From an uncultured Gammaproteobacteria bacterium (lineage in GTDB: Bacteria; Patescibacteriota; Patescibacteriia; CAZSQN01), in assembly GCA_964609095.1 (NCBI GenBank), contig CAZSQN010000002.1, positions 88,066 to 152,065 on the forward strand: a DNA stretch of 64,000 nucleotides. Reading direction: 5' to 3'. The number at the start of each line of letters is the position of its first letter. Within the stretch, counting starts at the first letter, position 1. The notes beneath the pieces are model-generated. The model saw only the letters and a program-made list of their open reading frames with translations. It ran no database searches and was not told the origin of the DNA. The translations under genes and the position numbers were made by a program. Of this stretch, positions 9,399-17,895 are shown piece by piece.

Positions 9399-9497
9399 TA
9401 ACGCGAATGATGCGAATCTTATGCCAATATCACGCGAATATGCGAATATGGTATTTGCGTATTTGCGGCATTCGCATTCATTCGCGAAATTTGCGTT
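9399..9497. repeat. Paired octamer-repeat blocks: (T/C)GCGAATA x4 direct, then ATTCGCR / TTTGCG inverted
   Basis: cgcgaatga tgcgaatct … cgcgaatatgcgaatatgg tatttgcg tatttgcg gcattcgc attcattcgcg aaatttgcg. Confidence 0.65.
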
Positions 9498-9500
9498 ATG

Positions 9501-10514
9501 TTAAATAATAATGTGCGGATTTAACTCGTTTTTGCGAGCGGCAAGCAGAGAAACCCAAGCATCATTTTTCAAATACCAGTCAACTGTCTCGCGCAATCCT
9601 TGTTCAAATTTCTCCCGAGGATAAAGCGGGCTCCAGCCCAATTTCATAATCTTGCTTGCGTCTATGGCATAGCGCCTGTCGTGCCCGGGCCTGTCGGCAA
9701 CATTCATTGCTTTGATTTCTTTGCTCAATATATTTTTTAAAAGAGAAAAAACCTCCAAATTGCTTCGTTCATTGTCAGCGCCGATATTGTAAACCTCTCC
9801 CGGAGCGCCCTTGGCAAGCAATAATTCTATGGCGCTGCAGTGGTCAGCGACATGAATCCAATCACGCACATGCAAGCCGTCGCCGTATATCGGCACGACA
9901 TCGTCTTTAACGGCTTTAAAAATCGTCTGCGGTATGAATTTTTCCGGAAACTGATACGGACCGTAGTTATTGGAACAATGCGTAACAATTACCGGAGTCC
10001 TGAATGTCTGATAATAAGAGCGGCAGACCATATCGCCGCCGGCCTTGCAGGCCGCGTAAGGCATATTTGGAGCGAAAGCGGTTTCTTCCGTGAATTTTTT
10101 TTCATCGTCAAGGCCGAGCGTGCCGTAAACTTCATCAGTTGAAATTTGTATAAATAAAGGAACGTTGCGCTTCTTGGTTGCTTCACAAAGCACTTGCGGC
10201 CCCATGACATTCCCAAAAACAAAATCGCGGAGAGAACCGTGGATGGAACGGTCCACGTGCGTTTCGGCGGCAAAATTAACAATTGCGTCAGGCCGCAGCT
10301 GCTCCACCGCGGAAAAAACAGCTGCCTCGTCGGCAATATCTCCTTTTATAAAGGAATAACGCGGGTCGTCTTCAAAATCGCGCAAATTTTCAAGATTGCC
10401 GGCATAGGTAAGCTTGTCAAAATTCACGACAAACCAATCAACATGCTTGCCTAAAATATGTCTGATAAAATTTGAGCCGATAAACCCGGCCCCGCCGCAA
10501 ACAAGCAACTTCAT
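9501..10514 (-). CDS. rmlB: dTDP-glucose 4,6-dehydratase
   Basis: MKLLVCGGAGFIGSNF…DKLTYAGNLENL… RmlB-type SDR; the ORF-track start (GTG at 10523, 'MRGM') lies inside the 12-mer; the real start is ATG at 10514. Confidence 0.9.
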   Translation of the reverse strand: MKLLVCGGAGFIGSNFIRHILGKHVDWFVVNFDKLTYAGNLENLRDFEDDPRYSFIKGDIADEAAVFSAVEQLRPDAIVNFAAETHVDRSIHGSLRDFVFGNVMGPQVLCEATKKRNVPLFIQISTDEVYGTLGLDDEKKFTEETAFAPNMPYAACKAGGDMVCRSYYQTFRTPVIVTHCSNNYGPYQFPEKFIPQTIFKAVKDDVVPIYGDGLHVRDWIHVADHCSAIELLLAKGAPGEVYNIGADNERSNLEVFSLLKNILSKEIKAMNVADRPGHDRRYAIDASKIMKLGWSPLYPREKFEQGLRETVDWYLKNDAWVSLLAARKNELNPHIII

Positions 10515-10515
10515 A

Positions 10516-10610
10516 CCCCGCACATAATTTATTTAATAATTAGATAAACCGTGTTTTAATCTTTCTATTTTCCCGCACACTACTCATAATAAACAAATTT
10601 ATGTGCGGGG
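10516..10610. promoter_or_regulatory. Intergenic segment bracketed by CCCCGCACATAA (10516-10527) and TTATGTGCGGGG (10599-10610), with a third degenerate copy CCCGCACAC at 10572
   Basis: The left copy abuts the rmlB ATG; the right copy overlaps the HIT stop codon. Confidence 0.55.
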
Positions 10611-11012
10611 TTCTTTACGAATTTTTTTAGCAATCTCCGCCAGCTCATCCTTTTCCGCGGACTGGCCGTGCCAGAGCGCGTGCCCGTCGCCGGGAAATCT
10701 CGGCATGATGTGAAAATGCAAATGAGGAACAATCTGCCCCGCGTCGCGGCCGTTATTTAAACCGAGATTAAAGGCCTCCGCGCCAACCGCTTTCAATATC
10801 TTTGGCGCCAATTTGTGAATTACCGCCATAATCGCGCAGACGTCTTCTGTTTTAGATTCCTCCAAATTCCCGGCATGATTTTTTGCGATCACCAGCGCGT
10901 GCCCGGGATTTACCGGATGAATATCCAAAAAAGCAAATACTTTGTCGTCTTCATATACTTTGTGGGCTGGAATCTCGCCGGCGATGATTTTGCAAAAAAG
11001 ACAGTCGGACAT
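10599..11012 (-). CDS. HIT-family (histidine triad) nucleotide hydrolase
   Basis: HxHxHxx motif in VPHLHFHIMPRF; N-terminal CLFCKI. Confidence 0.85.
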   Translation of the reverse strand: MSDCLFCKIIAGEIPAHKVYEDDKVFAFLDIHPVNPGHALVIAKNHAGNLEESKTEDVCAIMAVIHKLAPKILKAVGAEAFNLGLNNGRDAGQIVPHLHFHIMPRFPGDGHALWHGQSAEKDELAEIAKKIRKEPRT

Positions 11013-11047
11013 AATTTCAAATTTATGATTTCAAATTTCAAATTTAG
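11013..11047. repeat. Tandem heptamer (AATTTCA)x5
   Basis: aatttca aatttat gatttca aatttca aatttag, immediately upstream of the HIT start. Confidence 0.65.
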
Positions 11048-11394
11048 TTTTTGTTGAGTTCGTAAATTATTTTGCAAACGGCGGAGCTGGCCAAAGCGGC
11101 GCCGGCAGTAATGATAATTCCGGCCTTTCCAAGATTAGCCGTCGCCTCCCAAACAAAAAATATGGTACCTGCCAAAACCGCGAGCGTCAATAGAACAGAA
11201 GCAATCGGATGCATTGTCCCGCCGTCTTTGTCGGGGGTCACAACAGAGCCGATGATAAACGCAAAAAGAAGCAAAAATAAACCGGAGAGAGAAATAAAAT
11301 TGGCGGCCGCGCCGGAACTGAACATTTCAGCGGCTCCAAATATCAGAAAAGCCGACAGAAGGCCTTTAGAAATGGCATTTAACGCGAAGCGCAT
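11044..11394 (-). CDS. Small hydrophobic membrane protein (3-4 TM), hypothetical
   Basis: Hydrophobic translation; translationally coupled to the upstream gene. Confidence 0.5.
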   Translation of the reverse strand: MRFALNAISKGLLSAFLIFGAAEMFSSGAAANFISLSGLFLLLFAFIIGSVVTPDKDGGTMHPIASVLLTLAVLAGTIFFVWEATANLGKAGIIITAGAALASSAVCKIIYELNKN

Positions 11395-11395
11395 A

Positions 11396-12781
11396 TTATT
11401 TTCTAAAAACCGCGCTTATGTATCTTATCCTCGCGCTTCCCTGACTGGAACCACGCCCGGGAAGCGACAGAAAAAAGCGGTAGCTCCCGTCCGGCTCTCT
11501 GGCAAGTTTATTCAGATCAAATTTTGCTTCGGATGCCAGATAATCTTTTTCCTCTTTGGGGACGGCGTATTTGGCTATGATGATTCCCTCTTTTGGCGGC
11601 TCTGCCCAAGCCGCAATCTCCGGCCAGGCGGGAACAAAAAAATCTTCGGGTGAAAAAGCAAAAAAACCTGAAGTTACAAGCTCAACATCGCCTTTCTCCG
11701 GCTTAATGGAAACAATGCCGCCGGGCGCTCGCGAAAGCGCGAGCTCCGCGTATTTATCGGTGCGCTTAATTTCAAAAGAGCGTCCGGCAAAAAATATTTT
11801 TTGCCACCCTTCGCGATGCGGCGTTTTGGCTCTTAAATATCGGCCGTCGCTCCAGAGAACCGGAACGATTGTTTTCCCGCCGAAACCGACATCGTCGCCC
11901 AAAAAAATCCTGTCCTCCACGACCAGACGCGCCGCTTCCGCTTTGATATTTCTGATAAAAATATCATCACTCGCGCTAAAAACAATCTTTAACGGCCCGC
12001 TGACTCCGGAAAGGGAAACCCGTATTTCTTTTGGCGCTTCCAAAAAATTGGCATTATCGCCGCCGCTGTCTTCCGCAACAATTTTTTTAATAATCTTATC
12101 TTTTGAATAGGCCTCAATGGCAATCGGGTCTTCTCCGGCGTGCCTGTTGGCATCCTGCACCGTAAAAATTATCTCCGCTTTGCCACGAGCTTCGGGCAAG
12201 GCCCAAAAAATATGGCCGCCGCGGAGATTTGCCGGAATATCCCTCGTTCGCGCCGCGCCATTGCCCATAATTTTCCCCAACCGGAATCCCAAAGTATAAA
12301 CAGGCGCGCCGCCTTCCAGAATTTTTTCCAATTCTTGGGAGGAATTTTTATTTTTAAAAATTATAAAACCGTCTTTCTCCGTCTTTTCCCAATCAGGATT
12401 TTGGAGCATTTCGGAGTAAAGAACGCGGCTGTCAATATCAACCGCGCCGGGACCCTTTTTTGCCTCTAATCGGAAGAGCGGCGCCTCGGGCTTATCATAA
12501 GCCACCCTCATTTCTATTTCCTTAAATTCCGCCGGCGGGGCAACGACAAAGGTCACCCGCTCTCCGATGATTATAAAATCGGAAAGGTTATTGGTTTTGG
12601 CCAAAGCGTCAGGCGGTCCAAAGCCGTAGATAAACGGCGACTCTTTGCCCGGAATCCATACCGCCTTAAAAACGCCGCCGGGAACGGTATTCCAAACCCA
12701 TAACAAAAACATGGCCGCGCCGCCGAATAAAACTATGATAAAAAATCGCAATGTTCTTAACGGCATATTATTTTGGCGCAA
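11396..12781 (-). CDS. Hypothetical membrane-anchored/secreted protein (461 aa)
   Basis: N-terminal TM; no recognisable domain. Confidence 0.55.
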   Translation of the reverse strand: MRQNNMPLRTLRFFIIVLFGGAAMFLLWVWNTVPGGVFKAVWIPGKESPFIYGFGPPDALAKTNNLSDFIIIGERVTFVVAPPAEFKEIEMRVAYDKPEAPLFRLEAKKGPGAVDIDSRVLYSEMLQNPDWEKTEKDGFIIFKNKNSSQELEKILEGGAPVYTLGFRLGKIMGNGAARTRDIPANLRGGHIFWALPEARGKAEIIFTVQDANRHAGEDPIAIEAYSKDKIIKKIVAEDSGGDNANFLEAPKEIRVSLSGVSGPLKIVFSASDDIFIRNIKAEAARLVVEDRIFLGDDVGFGGKTIVPVLWSDGRYLRAKTPHREGWQKIFFAGRSFEIKRTDKYAELALSRAPGGIVSIKPEKGDVELVTSGFFAFSPEDFFVPAWPEIAAWAEPPKEGIIIAKYAVPKEEKDYLASEAKFDLNKLAREPDGSYRFFLSLPGRGSSQGSARIRYISAVFRK

Positions 12782-14396
12782 GCTCGTACAATCTCTCCGC
12801 CCCGAAGCTCATTGTTTCGCGAAGCGAAAATCCGGCCTGATTGTAATTTTTGATTCTTGGGTCGTCCTCATCAAGGCGCAGGGCGTACAAATAAAGCGGC
12901 CCGATTCTGCTTAAATCCTTTAACGAGCGGATGACCGCTTCCGAACCGGTGTCCGCGACCACGCGGCGATGCGGAAAAAAAATTTTATCCGACTTGTCGG
13001 TGATAATAACGGCGTTCTCCGGAGTCGCTCCTAACACGATTTTTCTGATTGCGCCGTAGCGTCGCAATTCGCGGGAAACATACGCCAGCCCTTCGCCGGC
13101 GCCGTAAAATACGGTTCTAAACGATAAAACCGCGCCGGCCAGAAGGGCAAAAATAAGAAAAAAATTGCGCCAGCCGCGGCGGTTTATTTTTTGCGCGACT
13201 AAATCAAGAAACCACGCGCCCAAAGGAATGCCGCCGATGTAAAGAGGCAGCCAATATCTTACGGTTGAAGTGCCGATAGTTATCATCCGCGGGTCAGGCG
13301 TGTCTAAAAAATAACCGCTGCCGTAAATCAAAACCAGCGGCGCGGAAATAACGAGAAGTATGGCCGAGAGGAGCCAAAGCCCTTCCGGAGCTTGTTTTGC
13401 AAGACGCCGGCGGAGCAAAACAACCGCGCCGGCCCCGGCCGCAAAGGCATACCACCAAAAAAATAATAGGCCGTATTGCCAAATATTTCTCGCGATATGG
13501 CGAAGCGAAAATCCAAACGGAAAAAGATTAAAGCTTCCGTAACCTGCCGGGAGCAAGCTGCCGTAGAAAAAACGCGAGACAAAAACCAAAATTATTACGG
13601 ATACAAGCGCGAAACAGCCATAAACAATCCAAGACGGCTTTGAAACATGTTTTCGGTATTTCCAAAGCAAAAATGCCGCGAGCGGCAAAAGCCAGATCGC
13701 CTCAAAAGTCCGCGTAAAAATCGCGGCGGCAAAAAAACCGGCTGCCAGCGCCGCGTCCATAATTTTTCCGATTGCCGGTCCGTCCTCGGCCCGCCGCGCC
13801 GCAAACGGGCGGACAACGGCGAAAAAAAGCGCGAGAATTAAAAAATCAAGAAAAACAACGTTATGAAACAATCCTCTATTGGCGTAATACCAAAGAGCGG
13901 GATGCGTGAGGGCCAAAAGGACGGACAGCATAGCCACTCTCCGGCTGACGATTTTTTGAAGCAATCTGCCAAAAGCAATAAGAGCAGCGGCCGTAAAAAA
14001 AGGCGTGAGAAACGGCGCCGCGCGCGCTCCGATAAGCGCGGCCGGGAGCGCGTAAATAAAAATCATGCCGATAAAACTGCCGGGCACAAGCAAACCGCCG
14101 GAGACGGAAACGGAACGCGGGTGTATTAATCCGCCGGACCAGACGACGGCCGGGTCAAAAAATGCCAGCCCTTGGCCTTGGGCAAGGCGGCTGATAAAAA
14201 AAGCATTGGCCGTCTCATCCGGCGAGTTCCATATATCCGACGGAGCAAAAACAGCCAAAAAAGAATAAAGCGCGAACGCGCTCAAAAAAATTAAAAATTG
14301 AAAATTGCGCACCCGAGGCGCATCCGCCTTGGGCGGAAAAATTGAAAATTTTATTTTATGTTCCATGTGAAGCAAGCGAGAGAAGGGCGAAAACAA
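12768..14396 (-). CDS. GT-C-fold membrane glycosyltransferase (ArnT/PMT, GT39/GT83-like)
   Basis: Polytopic membrane protein; a DE motif in the first loop (SPDETANAFFISRLAQG); start possibly at MEHKIKF (14366). Confidence 0.65.
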   Translation of the reverse strand: MFSPFSRLLHMEHKIKFSIFPPKADAPRVRNFQFLIFLSAFALYSFLAVFAPSDIWNSPDETANAFFISRLAQGQGLAFFDPAVVWSGGLIHPRSVSVSGGLLVPGSFIGMIFIYALPAALIGARAAPFLTPFFTAAALIAFGRLLQKIVSRRVAMLSVLLALTHPALWYYANRGLFHNVVFLDFLILALFFAVVRPFAARRAEDGPAIGKIMDAALAAGFFAAAIFTRTFEAIWLLPLAAFLLWKYRKHVSKPSWIVYGCFALVSVIILVFVSRFFYGSLLPAGYGSFNLFPFGFSLRHIARNIWQYGLLFFWWYAFAAGAGAVVLLRRRLAKQAPEGLWLLSAILLVISAPLVLIYGSGYFLDTPDPRMITIGTSTVRYWLPLYIGGIPLGAWFLDLVAQKINRRGWRNFFLIFALLAGAVLSFRTVFYGAGEGLAYVSRELRRYGAIRKIVLGATPENAVIITDKSDKIFFPHRRVVADTGSEAVIRSLKDLSRIGPLYLYALRLDEDDPRIKNYNQAGFSLRETMSFGAERLYELAPK

Positions 14397-14928
14397 TGGC
14401 TAAAGCAAAAGTGGCAAAAGAAACATTCATAAAAAACTGAACATCGCCCCACAAGGCAAGGAGCAGCATGCTCACTCCCATCACTTCAAAAAGCATTTTG
14501 ATTTTCCCCCAGACATTGGCCGGCTGGATTATGCCTTTCTTCATGCGGAAATAACCGGCGATAATGAAAACGGACTCCAGAGCGATAATGGATAATCCAA
14601 GCCAAAAATTAATATGTTCAAAGACCACCAAAAATACCAATCCGCCGATTAAAATTTTGTCAGCCAGCGGATCGTAAACCGTGCCCCACCTCGTCACCTG
14701 CCCCCTTACGCGCGCGAGCGAGCCGTCCAGAGCGTCGGTGGCGGCGGTAAAAAGAAATACGGGCACGCCCCACCCGTAATTGCCGCTTCCGATTAAAGCA
14801 AAGACAAAAGGAGTAAGCAAAAAACGCAAAACGGTAATATGATTGGGATGAACCGTCCACGGAATCAACCGCAAAATTGTGGCGGCTAAAACCTTATCAT
14901 GAAAATACGGTTTATTGGGATCACGCAT
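14356..14928 (-). CDS. CDP-alcohol phosphatidyltransferase family protein
   Basis: TDALDGSLARVRGQVTRWGTVYDPLADK matches D-x2-DG-x2-AR…G-x3-D-x3-D. Confidence 0.8.
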   Translation of the reverse strand: MRDPNKPYFHDKVLAATILRLIPWTVHPNHITVLRFLLTPFVFALIGSGNYGWGVPVFLFTAATDALDGSLARVRGQVTRWGTVYDPLADKILIGGLVFLVVFEHINFWLGLSIIALESVFIIAGYFRMKKGIIQPANVWGKIKMLFEVMGVSMLLLALWGDVQFFMNVSFATFALAIVFALLSLASHGT

Positions 14929-14933
14929 AAATT

Positions 14934-15011
14934 TGAGCTGTTAGCTCTTAGCTTTTAGCTGTTAGAAGATTTTTATTTGCCTCTAAAAGCTATAAGCTAT
15001 AAGCTAAAAGC
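14934..15011. repeat. Paired heptamer blocks in a divergent promoter region: (GCTNTTA)x4 – spacer – (TAWAAGC)x4
   Basis: gctgtta gctctta gctttta gctgtta … taaaagc tataagc tataagc taaaagc; the blocks are mutual reverse complements. Confidence 0.75.
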
Positions 15012-15018
15012 AACTACT

Positions 15019-17181
15019 ATGCGTCTTCTTGCCAAATTAGGACTGCCTCTCCTCGCCGTCATGACGGTGATTATAGCCAATCTGCTCTTTTGGCATCAGG
15101 CGGCTATTGGCATTCCTTTTCTTGCCGGCTATGCCCTTATAATCGGTTTTTCCCTGGGCCGCAAACTTTTTCCGCGCGACGGCGCCGGAACGCAGACATT
15201 TTTAGGCGTTCTTCTGCTTATAGCCGTTTGGTCTGTTTTGGGCGCGCTTATTTTTTATTTCGGCAAATTCGGCGTTGGGGAGATAATTTTGACGCTTGCC
15301 CTACCGGCTCTGCTTTTGCCCGGCGCCAAGAGCGAACCGCGGATAAATCCGTTTCCGCCTTCCAAAATGTCTCTTCTGACTTTGTCCGCCGGCGCGGGCT
15401 TTCTCCTTTTGGAATTCGCTTCTTTTTTTATTTTAGCCAGATCGGCGACAAGCGCGGCTTTGCGCTCGCCTTGGGAGCGCGTCCCGCCGGAATTCTTTCT
15501 TATTTTTTTCCTCGCTTCGCTGGCTCTCCTGATTTTGTGTTCAGAACACCGTTTGGGGCTTGGCCGCGTCGTCCTTATCAGCGCGCACACCGCGCTTATC
15601 GCCTCCGTCGCCTTGATTGTTTTTGAAATCGGGTTTGGCTTTGACCCTTTTATTCATCGCGCCACTGAAAACTATATTCTCGGCCACGGAACAATCACCC
15701 CCAAACATTTATATTATGCCGGCGAATACGGCTTAATCGTCTTTCTTTCCCGCGGTCTTGCCGTTCCCACGGACATATTAAACAAGCTGCTGGTTCCCAT
15801 GCTCGCGGCGGTCTCTCTTCCTTATCTTACTCTGTGGGCATTTTTTACGCGCCTGCGCGAACAAGCTTCCGTCAGAGTTCTGGCGCCGCTCGCGCCATTT
15901 TTCCTTTTGATTTTTCCCTTTTCCCCGTTTATCTCCACCACGCCGCAAAGTTTGGCCAACCTTTTTTTGTTCTTTGCCGTCCTTCTCGGGTTTAGCGGCA
16001 GCAGTAACAGCCGCGGTTTTGCCGTTCCGGCTATTGCCGTCTTTACCGTTGCTTCTCTGCTCGCCCACCCAATCGGCGGCATTCCCGCGGCTATCTTTCT
16101 CGCGCTTTTTTTGATTTCAAAAATCAAACGAGGACGGATTCGCTGGCCTCTTTTAATCGCGGCCGCGGTCAGCTCATCAGCGATTATCCCGCTTACTTTT
16201 ATGGCCCTAAACGCACTGGGCGGCTCCGGCGGAGAATTCGCGCCGGGTAAATCAAGTTTGGAGCATTTGTTTGAACTGATCCGCAAAAGCGTTGGCATTA
16301 TTCCGTTCCGTTATAATTTTTTTCTTGACATGACCTACCTTTACGGATGGAACAAAGGTTTGTGGCTTATTTTAGCCGCTTTTGCCGGTTATCTGATGCT
16401 CAAAAGAAAATCCAAAGAAGCGTCAAACGCCCCTTTTATTCTCGCCTCTTTTGCCGTTTTCGTCAATTCAATCCTGACAGCTTCCATTATCTCTTTTCCG
16501 GCGCTTCCGGATTATGAACAAGCCGTCTACAGCAGCCGATTAGCCGAGATTTCTGTCCTTCTGCTGCTTCCTTTGGCCATTTCAGGAGCGCTCTGGTTTT
16601 ACAATCGCGCCAGAGAACAAAGGCACACGTTTGTGTTTGCGTTTTTATTGTTCCCGGCGCTGATTACGGCCGCTCTTTATCTTGCTTATCCGCGCACGGA
16701 TAAATATGAATCCACGCACGGATACAATACCTCTATTGCAGATATTCACGCTGTGGAGGAAATAGAAAAAGACGCCTGCGAAGCAGCCCCGTCATCAACT
16801 CCGAGGTCGCTCAGACTCGAGGAGAGCAAAGTCGAGGGGTGTCCAAAATATATTGTCTTATCCAACCAAGCCGTTGGCGCGGCCGCGCTCCAAGAATTTG
16901 GATTTATAAATTTTTATGAGACCCCTAAAGGAAAAATATACTTTTATTCCGTGCCAACCGGCGGGCCGCTTTATCCGTATTATTTAAAAATGGTCTATGA
17001 AGCGCCTTCGCGCGAGATTATGAAAGAAGCAATGAACTTAGCCGGCGTAAAACTTGGCTACATCGCCATCAACCACTATTGGACCAACGCCCGCGCCTTA
17101 ACAGAAAAATTATCAGAAATCGCGGATAAAGAAATCGTGGTGGACGGAGGAAGGGTTTATGTTTATAGGTTTAGGAAATAA
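15019..17181 (+). CDS. Large polytopic membrane protein with a C-terminal soluble domain (GT-C-like architecture; function unknown)
   Basis: About 14 predicted TM helices then a ~200-aa soluble tail; the ORF-track start 14977 reads through the repeat block, so the MRLLAKLG start at 15019 is preferred. Confidence 0.6.
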   Translation: MRLLAKLGLPLLAVMTVIIANLLFWHQAAIGIPFLAGYALIIGFSLGRKLFPRDGAGTQTFLGVLLLIAVWSVLGALIFYFGKFGVGEIILTLALPALLLPGAKSEPRINPFPPSKMSLLTLSAGAGFLLLEFASFFILARSATSAALRSPWERVPPEFFLIFFLASLALLILCSEHRLGLGRVVLISAHTALIASVALIVFEIGFGFDPFIHRATENYILGHGTITPKHLYYAGEYGLIVFLSRGLAVPTDILNKLLVPMLAAVSLPYLTLWAFFTRLREQASVRVLAPLAPFFLLIFPFSPFISTTPQSLANLFLFFAVLLGFSGSSNSRGFAVPAIAVFTVASLLAHPIGGIPAAIFLALFLISKIKRGRIRWPLLIAAAVSSSAIIPLTFMALNALGGSGGEFAPGKSSLEHLFELIRKSVGIIPFRYNFFLDMTYLYGWNKGLWLILAAFAGYLMLKRKSKEASNAPFILASFAVFVNSILTASIISFPALPDYEQAVYSSRLAEISVLLLLPLAISGALWFYNRAREQRHTFVFAFLLFPALITAALYLAYPRTDKYESTHGYNTSIADIHAVEEIEKDACEAAPSSTPRSLRLEESKVEGCPKYIVLSNQAVGAAALQEFGFINFYETPKGKIYFYSVPTGGPLYPYYLKMVYEAPSREIMKEAMNLAGVKLGYIAINHYWTNARALTEKLSEIADKEIVVDGGRVYVYRFRK

Positions 17182-17385
17182 ACATTAATAATTCCATAGA
17201 TTTCAAAACACTATGATAATACATATTATCATAGTGTGATCCGATCGGGCCATTTTGTTATCTCAATTTTTTACTTTGATTATTCAAAGAATCAAAGTAA
17301 AATATAAAGCGTCCAACAGTAAAATTCTCTTTCTTCAATTCTGCGCTATAGCACGCAATTGAAGATAACTTATTTTTTAAAAAAT

Positions 17386-17410
17386 AAAAACGGCCGTGAG
17401 AGACCGTTTA
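17386..17410. terminator. Weak bidirectional hairpin between convergent genes
   Basis: aaacgg-ccgtgagaga-ccgttt with A/T-rich flanks. Confidence 0.35.
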
Positions 17411-17421
17411 TTTAGCAATCT

Positions 17422-17895
17422 TTACTTGCGATACCTTGTTAAATCCACTTTGACATCTGCCGGGCCAAAGGCGCGGGGCAGAAGTTTGGAAATCGGAATG
17501 AGCCGATAACTATTTGCTCCAACCAAATCAACAAGCATCACTTCATCATTATTTAGCGAAGCAAACTCAAAGAGCTTTTGCCTGCATTTGCCGCAAGGCG
17601 GAGTTGCGGACAAATTCTCGGCGCTTCTTAATCCTCCAACCACGATGATATAGCCGGGGCTATATACGCCATCCGCGACCATGGCGGCTAAAGCTGCTTC
17701 TTCAGCATGCGTGCCATCATAGTCAGCGCATTCAACATTACAACCGACAAAAATTCCATTTACTGCAAAAATAGCGCAGCCAACCAGATAGTCGGAATAT
17801 GGGGCATAAGCATTGAGACGCACTTCATTTGCTGCCAGCAGCATTCTCCACACAATCTTTCCTTCAACAGTATCAAAAGAACGATTTCTGCTCAT
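17422..17895 (-). CDS. cdd: Cytidine deaminase
   Basis: …GCNVECADYDGTHAEEAA…PCGKCRQ… zinc-binding CDA motifs. Confidence 0.85.
   Translation of the reverse strand: MSRNRSFDTVEGKIVWRMLLAANEVRLNAYAPYSDYLVGCAIFAVNGIFVGCNVECADYDGTHAEEAALAAMVADGVYSPGYIIVVGGLRSAENLSATPPCGKCRQKLFEFASLNNDEVMLVDLVGANSYRLIPISKLLPRAFGPADVKVDLTRYRK

Noticed and set aside
10514-10523. 'MRGM…' N-termini reported by the ORF track for rmlB, a GT4 (24239-24248) and the TPR protein (30785-30794)
   Set aside because: The GTG-CGG-GGT codons are the conserved intergenic 12-mer TTATGTGCGGGG and not coding sequence. The ATG three codons downstream is the start in all three cases, and the shared prefix is an artefact of the motif.
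12768-14396. Possible frameshifted fusion between the GT-C gene and the CDP-alcohol phosphatidyltransferase (40-nt overlap)
   Set aside because: The overlap shrinks to about 10 nt if the GT-C protein starts at MEHKIKF (14366). Short overlaps of this size are normal in this densely packed array.
14977-15018. N-terminal extension MPLKAISYKLKATT of the large membrane protein
   Set aside because: It is encoded by the TAWAAGC heptamer repeat block, so the start at MRLLAKLG (15019) is preferred.
17182-17421. tRNA or tmRNA in the palindrome-rich convergent intergenic region
   Set aside because: No cloverleaf-compatible arrangement, no T-loop consensus (GTTCRANYC) and no CCA-proximal acceptor pairing could be found.
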